Shown here piece after piece: positions 25,718 through 38,968 of a DNA stretch of 64,000 nucleotides (position 1 is the first letter of the stretch; each line of letters starts with the position of its first letter). Both the position numbers and the translations under genes were made by a program. The stretch comes from Rhizophagus irregularis. Taxonomy: Eukaryota. Under the pieces are notes generated by a model that saw only the letters and a list, made by a program, of their open reading frames with translations, was not told the DNA's origin and did no database searches. The stretch covers positions 2,170,001-2,234,000 of the forward strand of contig NC_089431.1 of NCBI RefSeq assembly GCF_026210795.1, in the 5' to 3' direction.

Positions 25718-27091
25718 TTACATACCGACCTTCCTCCTCCGTGTTATAAGAGTCAATAGAAAGTATATCATCGTCAGCACGCCATCATTGGCCGCACCAT
25801 CGTCGGCCGTACCATCGTTGGCGCGCATCATCGTTAGCCGCACCATCGTTAGGCCTACCATCGTTAGTCACATCATCATCAGCCGCACCTGCTCTATCGT
25901 CAGCTGCTCTATCACCACCATCGTCTACATCATTACCATCAGCGAATCATCGTCTGAATGCGTAAATTTATCCCTATTTTCCAACTTTTGCTAAAAATCA
26001 ATAAATAAATAAATAAACTGTAATTCAAATAATTCACATTTTGCAAATTGTAAATTAAAACTTACTAAGTTGTTGATTATCTTCGACTTCATTATACTTT
26101 CACTCATTTGAATGTTTTGATTATTAGGATTTAAGTACGTTTCACATATGCTAATCGCATACGCTATTTGTGTTTTTGAGGGATTTTTATTTTCTTTTCG
26201 CAACTTATCAATTATCAGCGACATATATGTCGTAGGTTGCCCATCTTTAACCTTTTTAAATAGGTTGTTGTAACATCTTTTCACCTCCGCCTTACTCTTC
26301 CATTCCTGAATCTTTGACGGACTAGCCTGAGTGTTAATAGACGGTAATTTATGCCCGGTCGACTTGAAAAACGAATACGTAACGTCTTTAACTACAGACG
26401 TGAATGTCCTCGTATGCTTCTATGTTGTTGTACTAACTATTAAAAAAAAATGTTAGTATGAAATTTAATAAAATTCATAATGCTTTAACTTACAGTCGTG
26501 CCATTTTTTTTTCGAAAAAAATAATCCATTGATTTTTTTTGAACTGGCGCATAAATTCCGGATTTTCGTCTTTTAAATATTTTTCGGTAGCGAGTTTGTA
26601 CTGCCTTGCGAAGGATAAACAAAATTTTCAAATAAAATTTTCGACACCTTCTTAACGAGCCTCCTAATCAAACGAGGTTAGCATTTCAAGCTTATATTAA
26701 ATAATATTCATCTTTATTACCTTTACATACTCCGGATCTATTGTATTATTATTATTTTTGTTATTATCGTTGAGCTTTTTTATCTGCTCGAGAGACGGGT
26801 TTCGAGATTTTTTTGTCCGGTGATAAGAACTTCAAGCTTAGAAATTATCTGCGAATTGGTTCTTAATAGTTTTTCTATTGTTTTTTTATTAACTTTAACA
26901 ATAAAATATAATTTAACTATATATTATATAATTTCTTTTATAAAGAATATGATACATATTACGTCATATATACCATCAACACTATCATCGGATATTCTCA
27001 CTCGCTTCTCAGCTTCGCTACCCTCAGTACTACGTTTTGAAAATCTTTCATTATCGTCAATTCTTCGTTTCTCGCCACGCTTTGTAGCCAT
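25718..27091 (-). pseudogene. Multi-exon accessory gene of the Plavaka element, unknown function, Asp-rich 15-bp repeats near the C-terminus
   Basis: ATG at 27091 (MATKRGEKRR); GT..AG introns; exon ORF 25991-26284; (AACGATGGTGCGGCT)-like repeats at 25780-25870. Confidence 0.55.
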
Positions 27092-27706
27092 TATGATAAT
27101 AAATTTGAAACGAAAATATGAGAAAAAGGAGGAAATATATGAGAAAAAGAGGAAATATATGAGAAAAAGGTGAACTAGAAAATTCGAAAAGGATGAGGAA
27201 AAAGGGGGAAATACATGAATCAGAAATTCAGAAAAAGGAGGCAAGCTGTCATAAGGTAATTTCCGCCATTCTATACTAAAAAAGAAAAAAAACTTGCGAA
27301 ATATTGCGAAAAATGGATGAACTAATGCGAAATATTACGAAAAATGAATGTACTAATGCAAAAATTTTGCATCGCGATATTACGAAAAAATATTGTAACA
27401 CTTTCATAAGAGAACTTTAAAAAAAAACTCTCGTAAAAGCACATACATAGTACAATCGAAATATTAATCAAATCCAATTTATAAAAAAATAACATGTTAC
27501 ACATGTTAGGGCTTTTATGCATGGAAAAAAAAAGTTGCAGCCAGTGAACTCATTTGGCTGATCAGATTGATAGCGCTTATAACCTGATTATCGCATAAAT
27601 TTGTGGCCGATCATCCGTCCATTATTGTAAAAGTGATTTGCCGTGTTAAGCCAATAAATTTGCGGCTGATTATCAGATGATTAGCCGGCCATCCGAATTC
27701 TTACAG

Positions 27707-27935
27707 CCCGTTACAGCAAATTCAAAATATGCGAAACACTCAGCACTTTTGCCGTCGTATTCACTTGGCAGGTTGCCGGCAAATTGAAATAGTAAATAAA
27801 ATAATAAACAATATTTATATGGTACATCATAGACTTGTTACATTTATTTTTAGATTTGCCAACCCACGAACTCGGCAAGTTCCCGACAGCAAAATTGCTG
27901 AGTGTTTCGCATATTTTAAATTTTGCTATAATGCG
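27707..27935. repeat. Foldback/MITE-like inverted repeat in the intergenic region of the Plavaka element
   Basis: AGCAAATTCAAAATATGCGAAACACTCAGCA pairs with TGCTGAGTGTTTCGCATATTTTAAATTTTGCT. Confidence 0.75.
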
Positions 27936-28175
27936 TAAAATTGCGAACGATTCTGCGATATTAGCCACCAGATTCTTACAGCCAGTTCCATTCATTAATG
28001 CGTAAATTTGCGTAGTCGTGTCTATTCAAATAACTCAATCAATTGTAATCCATTCAATTAATTCATTAAATTTTTACAATGAATTTGCAATATAATTTTA
28101 TTAGCACAATAATCTCATATAAATTAAATAGTGAATTGATACTTTTCATCAAATTTGACGCGTTAATTTAGTAAC

Positions 28176-31100
28176 ATGAGTTTCAAATGCCCCCTTTGTA
28201 TGCGAATATTCAGTCAACGCTTTGCATATACTCAACACGCCCAAAAATGCTTAAAAAATGTAGAAGTAGAAGTAGAAGATGATGATGATAATAATGATAG
28301 TGAAAAATATAGCAGTGAAATGGATACAAGAAGTAATCTAAGTAGTGAATATGAAAACGATAAAGTTGAGGTAATTATGTTATTCCAGATTATTCTTTTT
28401 AAAGAAAAAGCTCAAATTATACTAACTCATTTTGGTTTATAATTTTAGGTATGACTGATAATAATCGTACAAAATATGTCATTTGACAGTATTAAGTGCA
28501 ATATCAGAGATGTTCTCAAGATAAGAACTTTGAAAAATATATTGATTCATCTGAAGAGCCTGAAATTTTTGAAGAACCCAAAAATCTCAATACCAAAACT
28601 TGCACAGAATTTCCTAATGATGCTTATAAAGATCTAATGTTATTAGTAACGAAATATAAAATAAACAATAAAGGTGGTAATGAAATAATACGTTTTTTTA
28701 ATAAACATTCAAATCTTACAGAATCGCGTTACCAAAAAATATTGAACGGGGAGGACGCGTTTATGAATAATATGAAGTTTTCTAATTTAGAATTTAGTAA
28801 AGTTCTTATAACAAAACATAAGGATAAAGATTATTTTCTTTATTATCAAAACTTAATACAGTGCATCAAAAATATCTTAACTGTTCCTGACATAACACAA
28901 AATTTTGCGCTATCTTACGAAAACATGTGGTAAATAGTAAATATTAGTTAATTCAATAATTTAAATAATATTTATTTTAATTTATTTATATTATTTTATA
29001 GTATAATAGAGAAAGTATTTACAGTGAACAAAACACTGGAAAATGGTGGAAAACTACGCAAGAATCCTTACCTACTGGTTCCAAATTATTATCAATTATT
29101 TTATATTCAGATGCAACAACTACAGATACATTAGGAAAAAGTCAATTGCATCCAATATATATTTCATTAGGCAATATTCCAATATGGCGTCGTAATAAAC
29201 AGGATGCAAAGCAACTTTTGGGATATTTACCAATTTTAGAAGCTGCAAATAAAGATCTGGTTCGTGATACCTTTCATAAATCTTTACGTCATTTACTAGA
29301 ACCAATTATTTTATTAAAAGATGGTATAGACCTTTTTATAAATAAAGAAAATACCTGGTTTTATCCTAGAGTTTCAACTATTATTGCAGATTGGCCAGAA
29401 GCCGCAAGTTTTTGTTTAGTTTATAAATCCTCCAATTTAAGCCTTCCATGTCACTCCCTGTTTAATTAAAAGGGACAATCTTGCAAATATAAACTTATCG
29501 GTTAATGATGTAATACTAAGAACTCATGATGAAATGCGTAAATATTTTGAAAATGATACACAAAAATCTGTTTGCATAGAATCTGTACCTAATTTTTTTT
29601 GGGATTTGCCGTAAGTATGCAAAAGTAGAAATAATTATAATAACATATATATATATTAATTATAAATATTTATATTATCAAGGAATATAAATATCTACTT
29701 GGCTACTGTTCCTGACAGAATGCATCATTTAGATTTGGGTTTATTTCGTTATCAAATTATCTTCACGTGCGATATCTTAAAATTGCAACATGTTAATGGT
29801 AATAAATTAGTTGAAGAAGTAGATCGCCGTCTAGCAGCAATTCCACGTTTTCCCGCCATTAAAATTTTTTCCAATGGACTGCAGTCAATTGCAAGATTAA
29901 CTGCTAATGAATATCGAAGTTTGATGAAAGTCATGATATTTGTTATTGATAATTTATATGATGAAAATAATAACGAAGTAGATAATTTTGTAAATAATGA
30001 TGATCTTGTGAAATTGTACGAATATTGGAATGAAATGTATATTTTAAGTAGATATGAAGAATTTAGTGAAAGTGACTTGGAGAAATTTAATGNNNNNNNN
30101 NNNNNNNNNNNNNNNNNNNNNNNNNNNNNNNNNNNNNNNNNNNNNNNNNNNNNNNNNNNNNNNNNNNNNNNNNNNNNNNNNNNNNNNNNNNNNNNNNNNN
30201 NNNNNNNNNNNNNNNNNNNNNNNNNNNNNNNNNNNNNNNNNNNNNNNNNNNNNNNNNNNNNNNNNNNNNNNNNNNNNNNNNNNNNNNNNNNNCGAAATAT
30301 AAAATAAACAATAAAGGTGGTAATGAAATAATACGTTTTTTTAATAAACATTCAAATCTTACAGAATCGCCATTACCAAAAAATATTGAACAGGGGACGA
30401 GCATTTATGAATAATATGAAGTTTTCTAATTTAGAATTTAGTAAAGTTAGCATAACAAAACATAAGGATAAAGATTATTTTCTTTATTATCAAAACTTAA
30501 TACAGTGCATCAAAAATATCTTAACTGTTCTGACATAACACAAAATTTTGCGCTATCTTACGAAAACTATGAGGTAAATAGTAAATATTAGTTAATTCAA
30601 TAATTTAAATAATATTTATTTTAATTTATTTATATTATTTTATAGTATAATATAGAAAGTATTTACAGTGAACAAAACACTGGAAAATGGTGGAAAACTA
30701 CGCAAGAATCCTTACCTACTGGTTCCAAATTATTATCAATTATTTTATATTCAGATGCAACAACTACAGATACATTAGGAAAAAGTCAATTGCATCCAAT
30801 ATATATTTCATTAAAGGCAATATTCCAATATGGCGTCGTAATAAACAGGATGCAAAGCAACTTTTGGGATATTTACCAATTTTAGAAGCTGCAAATAAAG
30901 ATCTGGTTCGTGATACCTTTCATAAATCTTTACGTCATTTACTAGAACCAATTATTTTATTAAAAGATGGTATAGACCTTTTTATAAATAATGAAAATAC
31001 CTGGTTTTATCCTAGAGTTTCAACTATTATTGCAGATTGGCCAGAAGCCGCAAGTTTTTGTTTAGTTTATAAATCCTCCAATTTAAGCCTTCCATGTCCC

Positions 31101-32798
31101 TCCTGTTTAATTAAAAGGGACAATCTTGCAAATATAAACTTATCGGTTAATGATGTAATACTAAGAACTCATGATGAAATGCGTAAATATTTTGAAAATG
31201 ATACACAAAAATCTGTTTGCATAGAATCTGTACCTAATTTTTTTTGGGATTTGCCGTAAGTATGCAAAAGTAGAAATAATTATAATAACATATATATATA
31301 TTAATTATAAATATTTATATTATCAAGGAATATAAATATCTACTTGGCTACTGTTCCTGACGAGAATGCATCATTTAGATTTGGGTTTATTTCGTTATCA
31401 AATTATCTTCACGTGCGATATCTTAAAATTGCAACATGTTAATGGTAATAAATTAGTTGAAGAAGTAGATCGCCGTCTAGCAGCAATTCCACGTTTTCCC
31501 GCCATTAAAATTTTTTCCAATGGACTGCAGTCAATTGCAAGATTAACTGCTAATGAATATCGAAGTTTGATGAAAGTCATGATATTTGTTATTGATAATT
31601 TATATGATGAAAATAATAACGAAGTAGATAATTTTGTAAATAATGATGATCTTGTGAAATTGTACGAATATTGGAATGAAATGTATATTTTAAGTAGATA
31701 TGAAGAATTTAGTGAAAGTGACTTGGAGAAATTTAATGTATGTATTAAAATTTTAGTAAAATCGAAAATTTAAATTAAATAAATTAAATTAACATTTAAA
31801 TTTTAGGATGCAATACATAGATGGGCGCGGATGTTTGTCGAAGGCTTTTAAATTTGTTTCTCCTTCCAATTTGAAGTTGCCTAAATTGCATTCATGGGTT
31901 TATCACATTATTGACTCAATATGATCTTATGGCGCAATAAATGGCTATACCACAGAAACTTACGAAAGTCTCCACAAATATTTCGTTAAAATACCCTACC
32001 GAATTAGCAATAAAAAAGATGTCGAACCTCAGCTTTTACGAACTGTAAGTATTTGGAAATTTATTTATTGTATATATTTATTATATAACTTAAGATGGAA
32101 ATTAAATTAATAGATAAAACGTCAAGCAATATCTATTAGAATGTCTCAACATTCAGTGAATCCGGCAAAAACACCTCGCACTTGTAAATTTTCTGCAAGA
32201 CTCTTTGATTTCTCTTTACAAGATGCAAATACATTTTTTAATGAAAAAAAAGATTCCGTAGACAATAAAATGCAGACCAGTTTTGCTAGATTTATAAGTT
32301 GTCTGGATTCATATCTAGATTTACTTGATGGGTTCACAATTATTGGCGAAACCCGAATAAACATATACGGATCGGTAACACTGGAAAATGGTGCCATAAT
32401 GCGTGCCACAAACAGGTATCATAATAAAGTATGGTTTAGCGACATAGCTATTTCAATGGATTCTGAAGAATCAAATGATTATATATCAGACAAAGGACTT
32501 TGTTATGGACAGGTATTTTTCCAATTTATGTAATAATTTATTATAAAGTATTAATAAATATTTATTATTTATAGGCCTTATTGTTAGCAGAAGTATTAAC
32601 AGACCCACCGCTAAATCTCGCATTAATTCAATGGTACGATTTTAAATCTAAAAGGAACCCATATTTATATGGATGTCTCACTTAAAATTGATAGAATTAT
32701 ATAACTTTGTAGCTATAGAGTCTATACATGGTGTCGTTCGCATAGTACCCCGATTTGATAAACAAAATGAATATTTCGTAAATAAATATATTTTTTAG
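28176..32798 (+). CDS. Plavaka-family transposase with N-terminal C2H2 zinc finger (multi-exon; interrupted by assembly gap/duplication and indels)
   Basis: CPLC..HAQKC; EQNTGKWW; IILYSDATT..HPIYISLGNIP..RR; IADWPEA; PDRMHHLDLGLF; LPKLHSW.YH..YGAINGYTTETYESLHK. Confidence 0.85.
30093..30292. other. 200-N scaffold gap; 28650-30092 is repeated at 30293-31738
   Basis: Near-identical 1.44-kb segments abut the gap on both sides. Confidence 0.95.
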
Positions 32799-33670
32799 TC
32801 ACTTGATATAGGAGTTTTGATTTTATTTTAATAAAATTATATCCTTAAAGAATTTATGGTCACGTTTCCATATCATAAATAAAATGCAGATTTATTTATT
32901 TAATTATTAACAACACGGGTGTGACATAAATAAATCGTGACTGAAATTTGTGTTCAATTTGTGTTCAATTTGTGTTGATAATTCTGGTAAAAAATTATTA
33001 ATTTTGGCCAAATTTCGTTAAATTTGTTAAATTTGTGTTGAGTTTGTGTTGAATTTGTGTTGCGTAATTTTTTATTTATCACGGGGATGATATTTAGTAA
33101 TTGCATGTACGACGTACAAGATTTTTTTTTATGATTTTTTTTAAGAAATGTACGCAAAATATTTAATCAGAATATAATTGTTTTATTTATAAATATGATA
33201 TATTGATGATTTTTTTTAAAAAAAAAATTGATTTTTTTAAAATTCAATAGAATGTGCTAATAATAAATTGGTTTATTTTTAAATATAATATATTGATATT
33301 TATATTTAAATAACCAAAACATGTACATGATTTTTAATTATTTTTAATTGAAATCATGTACATGATTTTTAATTATTTTTAATTGAAATCAAACTAAGAT
33401 TTTTTTTAAAAAAAAATTAAAATAAATTAAGTGATTTATATTTATATTTAGAATCATGATATTTATATTTAGATAATCCATATCCGCATGAGATTTAATT
33501 AATATGTTTAATGATGAAAAGTCTAATAAATTAAATTTTAATTGAAACGAGAAATAAAATCAAACCAAAGAGGTATTGTTCAAATTTTATTTAAAGTGAC
33601 ATTTTACGACTTTCTTTCAAATTTTTACTCATCCCAAAATCAAATTATAAAAATCAAATCAAATCTAATA

Positions 33671-34291
33671 ATGCCTCGCCAAACACGTCATCGTTCCTAT
33701 AACGTCCATTGGAACTGGGCTATGATGGACGAACTTGTCGACATACGCCGCGACAGAAACCGTGCCTACCATAATATTAATGGTAGAAGCCGCCAAGATT
33801 TTTGGGACTCTGTTGCCAATAGGTTTATATGACTAATATCTATAATTTCTTTAAGAAAGAATTTAAATTCAAATTAACCAATCCATTTAATTGAATCAGA
33901 ATAAATAGAATATTTCGAACGAGGGTTTCCGGGCAACAGTGCAGCCAAAAGTGGAGGAACCTCGTCAGGGGATTACCATGTAAGTAAATAAATAACATTA
34001 CATTCATATAAATTAAATGTATTTACCGAATATTCAAACTGATTTTGATATTTAGAACTATGTCCTTTATCGTAATGGTAACCCTGGGCGGCGGCTGTGG
34101 ACGCGTACGGCGCAAGATATTATCGCGAATTTAGAACGAGATTTTGGGAGAGGCCGGGTAATTATACTATAATAAAATTTATAATTAATATTTACGTTCA
34201 TGTTTTAAATTTGATAAATTTGATCAATTTTAGTCACGCGTGATGATCGTAGGCAAGGAGAAACTTACCTACGTATCGTAGAAGAAGATAA
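33671..34291 (+). CDS. Small multi-exon Myb/SANT-like (trihelix-type) DNA-binding protein, possibly pseudogenised
   Basis: Spaced tryptophans: HWNWAMMDELV...FWDSVANR|INRIF..VSGQQCSQKWRNL across a GT..AG intron. Confidence 0.7.
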
Positions 34292-34665
34292 TTATTTTTA
34301 TTTTTTTATTATTTATTAAGTGAGTAGTATTTGGCCCAGTCCGTACCAAATATCGGCTGGAGACTCACGTTTTTTTGGGCTGTGACTGATACTGACGTCC
34401 ACGCCGTACAGCCTGGGTACTATTTTATAAAATAGTAGCGAACAAGTATCAAATGTGTATTTTTTTTATTAAGTTATAATAAAAATTAGAATTTACTTTA
34501 ATTTTTAACATAAAAATTGTAAATAATAAAAAATTCGTAAATAAAAATAAATTTGCTTTCCCAAACTTAAAAAAAAGGTGTTTATATAAAAGAAAAGGTG
34601 TTTATATTATTTTTGATTATTCAATAGTATCACATGCCCCCTTGTATACGTTCTACTGCATATGC

Positions 34666-35170
34666 AGTTTACAATCTCGTAAATTTTCGAAATATTTCAA
34701 CCGTAATATTACGCAGGTTTACGGTTTCGTAAATTTTCGAAATATTTCAACCGTAATATTACGCAGGTTTACAGTTTCGTAAATTTGCAGAATATTTTGA
34801 CCGTAATATTACGCAGGTTTACAGTTTCGTAAATTTTCGAAATATTTTAACCGTAATATTACGCAGGTTTACAGTTTCGTAAATTTTCGAAATATTTCAA
34901 CCGTAATATTACGCAGGTTTACAGTTTTGTAAATTTTCGAAATATTTTAACCGTAATATTACGCAGGTTTACAGTTTCGTAAATTTTCGAAATATTTCAA
35001 CCGTAATATTACGCAGGTTTACAGTTTCGTAAATTTTCGAAATATTTCAACCGTAATATTACGCAGGTTTACAGTTTCGTAAATTTTCGAAATATTTCAA
35101 CCGTAATATTACGCAGGTTTACAGTTTCGTAAATTTGCAGAATATTTTGACCGTAATATTGCGTAAATCT
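34666..35170. repeat. About 10 x 50-bp subterminal tandem repeat
   Basis: CCGTAATATTACGCAGGTTTACAGTTTCGTAAATTTTCGAAATATTTCAA in exact 50-bp register from 34701 to 35150. Confidence 0.97.
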
Positions 35171-35399
35171 TACGATATTGAAAACTTACATAATATTTTA
35201 ACCGTAATATCACATAAATCTTACGAAATTGTAAACTTACGTAATATTTTGAAATTTTTCGAAATATTATGCCATAAACTTTCGTAAACTTACAAAATCG
35301 TAAACTTACGCAATTTTTCGCACTATAAAATTTCCTGATGTTATCAACAATACACTTGATCATTGATTTATTATTATTTTATTTCAAGAGTAGTAGTTT

Positions 35400-35830
35400 A
35401 AGTAAGCAAAAAATACATAAGTATAATTAGTGCACAGATTGCAAATATACATCTCAGACAGAGGTGAAACTATGCCATCTAAAACAACCTAAACACATTG
35501 GATAAAAATAAAGAGTTAACTGGGGCAAACCTCCTCTAAACTATAGGGCCTAATTTCTGTAAAACCTCCTTATTGCTTTAATTACTATTCTTACTTTTTG
35601 AAGACTTCTTTGCCTTCTTCTGAGTTTTCAGATTCTTTAACTAATTATTACTTATAGAGGCTTTTGTCAAGGATTTCTTCTTATCCTTTTTTTAGGCTTA
35701 TTACTATTTAATATTTGTTCAGCAAAGCTAGACTTTTTACTAGGTGCATTTTTAACCTTTAGTTTAGGTTGTGCTTTTTTTAAATTGTCAATTTCTGTAG
35801 CATATTTACCCAACTGATACTTACAAAATA
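35400..35830 (-). mobile_element. Decayed retroelement-like 3' fragment (Lys-rich ORF end plus trailer)
   Basis: Reverse complement of 35460-35550 aligns with 41685-41770. Confidence 0.5.
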
Positions 35831-36193
35831 AAGAAAAAAACCAATACCTATAAAATAGAACTAAATAAAATTAAAAAAATAAAATTTTGAAGTGAAATAA
35901 AACTTTAAAACTCACCTATTTAGTTTTTTCTTTCATTCTTTATATTAAAGATTGGATTCATTTAAAAAAAATCTCTATTCAAATCACCTGGCAGATGGAT
36001 CCATAGGTTATCCAAATAAAGTCAGGTCAACTCAACCTGTCAATTTATCCACTACCTTCCTATAATTCATATAAAAATTAATATTATTTTATTTATTTTA
36101 AAACTTATAAAACATTTATATTATATATTAATTTCTTTTGTTATATACCGTATATCATAAGTAAAAATTGGGAGTTTAATCCTGTACCTCAGG

Positions 36194-36410
36194 AGGATTC
36201 TGCTTACTTATAAGATAGGTTATCACCAGGCCTAAGGTAAAAATCATATATAAAATTCTTTGCAAATCCTACTATAAAAGGAAATTTTATGTTACATTGT
36301 TATGATTTTTTTCCTTTTTAACTAATTAACCAATAGAATTTAAGAGGTAAAAACTATTAGTAAAGGGCCAATTTTCTACGGTGACCTTTATTATAAGTAA
36401 GCGAGATCCT
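36194..36410. mobile_element. MULE-like MITE (uninterrupted paralog of 49913-50661)
   Basis: TIR AGGAT..GCTTACTTATAA; colinear in reverse with 49913-50062 plus 50585-50661. Confidence 0.8.
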
Positions 36411-36699
36411 ATTTCAGGTACTAAACAAAATTTAAAAATTCCATTTTTAGCAAATATCCGATCTACTAGTCCAATTTGAGTGATTTTTTTTATTTTAAAA
36501 AGCTGAATGAGAGCTATCAAACAAAAAAATGATCGCTCAAATCTGATCACTGGATTGCAAAATAAATATAAAATATCCCTCTGGATTTTATATAATTCTA
36601 TAAAATTTTTCAAGAAGGGCACTATATATGGGGGTACTATAGCTCACGATATATGATAATAGCTTTATTATGATCAAAAAAGACAAATTTATTATATTC

Positions 36700-38670
36700 A
36701 AATATTATTAACTCCAAGCTTTACAATATAAACTATTTCTTTTAACAAATAATAATTGGCTAACTACTTTAGGTGATAATAGTTTCCTGCATCAGAAAAT
36801 AGACACTTACTGGAAACAGAAGTGGAATTGATAAATATTTACATACTATTCTACTTAAAATAGGAAAAGAATGTTGATTAGTATACCACTATTGATATAT
36901 GTTAATAGATTCAGATGCAATTGGTGTAATCATTTCATTTAAATACTAAATATGCTTTTCATAAAAGAGGGAGTTGATGATGATGATATTGTAGTAGGCT
37001 CTACTGGTTTATTAGCTATAACTATATTTTTTCATATTTTAAATTTATAATTTCATTGATTTTAATTATAAATCCAATAAGGTAGCCAGCCATAAATCCA
37101 AATTTTTCAGAATTTGACCAATAATTTCAAAGAGAATTATAAATAATTCCTCTAATTTTTTTTGATAATTGATTCTATTAAAGGTGATAGTTGTTTAAAT
37201 TTACTCAAGTTAATGCTTATATTAATAAAAATTTATATCATTATCAGAATTTTATTTAAAAAAAAAAATTTTAATCAATAAATAAAATAATTACATTAAT
37301 GTTAAGATTTAATTTATATTTACCTTCATTTCCAAATTATTATTATTAATAACTTTTTAATGTTAATAATGCTTTATTAGAAAATTCAAATTTTAATGAT
37401 TCAATTCACAACTGAAAGAATAGTGTATTGAATTTCACTAAAATATGTATCTAATAATTGCTATTTACAATTTTGAAGCATACAATCTTTTAATTTATAA
37501 GAGTCTTCATTAGTATTATTATCACCATTTAAATATAAAGATGCAGAAAGCCATTCAATTGTTGGATGTAATACCAAAAGCCTTTGCCAAGATTGGTAGC
37601 TGGAATTCCCACAGATTTTGACATCATTAATTATATGTAAAATCAAATTCTGCTCTTTCAATATTGTCATTATTATCTTCATCTTTATCTATATCAGATT
37701 TATCATCAGGTTCTTTTAATTCTATTTCATCAGCAGAATTATTATATAACTTGAATAGGTGAAATATTTGATTTATTATGTTGAGCTAAATCAATTTGTG
37801 CTTAATTAAGATATTGATTTTATTTTAAAAATCAAAAAAATTTAACAAGTTTGTGAATTTGTTTGGTATGTAGTTTAATAATTTTTAAGGCTTTGATTAC
37901 TGTAAATTGAAATGTATGTGCAGAATAAGAAAGTTGTTCTACACCATCTCAAATTCTAATAGCCCTTTTATATTTAATTCATTGTCAAATTCTTTAACTT
38001 ATGTGTCTAAATATTCTTTGATTCATTCACCTGTATGCTGATAATCCATTTTTTTAACAGCTAAAATAACATTACGCACTTTAAAATTAGATGTTAACCA
38101 ACCATCACTGTAGTTATGGAAGCAGTTTCACAAGTATTAGAAATCAATTCTTTAAATTGTAAAATTCCTTTCTTATAATCAACAGCAAGATTTTCTTTAA
38201 TATTATTTTTTAATAATCTTTTCCATGTATAATATTAAATAATAAAGAATTAGTAATTATCTATTTAGCTGTAACACATTTTAATTTAAGTTGTTTTGGT
38301 GTATGATGTGATGTAATTTTTTTGACAATTGTATCAATACGCAATTGATTTGAGCCTTTAAAGTTGAATATCATCTAATACAATTCTATGTATTGAAAAT
38401 AAATGCTTCATATGTCCAATTCTACCAACTTTTTTTATATTCATACTTTATTACTATTTGAAAAAATAAGTACTTTACATATATCATGATCATAAATAAT
38501 CCTAAACAAAGCTTGTTTTTTTAGTTTTTGGATTAATTCAGATTTTTTACATGTGACAACAGTGGCACTTCTTTTATTTTTTTAAACTCTTTTCTTCTAA
38601 TTGAAATATCAGAGTTTGTTATTTTCTTCATTTGAAACAATATATTCATCATTGCTATTATCCATATTTA
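36700..38670 (-). pseudogene. Decayed hAT transposase
   Basis: Remnant of the hAT RWNS motif (..NSSYQSWQRLLVL) near 37600 and residual coding-like tracts; many stops. Confidence 0.55.
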
Positions 38671-38721
38671 CTGTATTAAAATTTAAAAAAAAAATTGCAA
38701 AGAGTGGCTATGTGTCATAGT

Positions 38722-38968
38722 TAAGGTTGCTTGCCGAAACCTAGGGGTTTAGGCAAGATGGTATTTCGCCGAAAAGCAAAATTCTGCCGAAACTATATTA
38801 AAGTTATATTAAAAAATTGGCGAAACTTTGGAGAAAAGCGAAACTGCCAAAACTTATTATAAATGCCGAAACTGCCGAAACTTTGCCGAAACTATAATAA
38901 ATCTATAGTAAAATTTTGACGAAACTAATCGTAGGATTTTGAAGAGGTTTAGAACAAAGCAACGCCTA
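38722..38968. mobile_element. hAT-type MITE
   Basis: 8-bp TSD GTCATAGT (38714-38721, 38969-38976); TA(A/G)G..GTTGCTT termini; internal GCCGAAAC repeats. Confidence 0.85.

Larger units (their letters stand above)
22234..33089 (+). mobile_element. Plavaka-transposase DNA transposon with ~190-bp TIRs (left tip split by Zator)
   Basis: 25412-25600 is an inverted repeat of 32890-33089; the right terminus reads CATCCCCGTG on the reverse strand; it encloses two divergent genes. Confidence 0.8.
20847..35340. mobile_element. Large CAT-ended CMC/CACTA-like element hosting nested insertions
   Basis: TIR CATCAGGAAATT(A/T)TATAGTGCGAAAA at both ends, 2-bp TT flanks on each side, and related subterminal repeat arrays. 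Confidence 0.85.

Noticed and set aside
28650..31738. Genuine tandem pair of Plavaka transposase genes
   Set aside because: The duplication abuts the N gap exactly and only one N-terminus and one C-terminus exist.
34666..35170. CRISPR-like array
   Set aside because: Units are contiguous 50-bp repeats with no unique spacers, in a eukaryotic transposon subterminus, with no cas genes.
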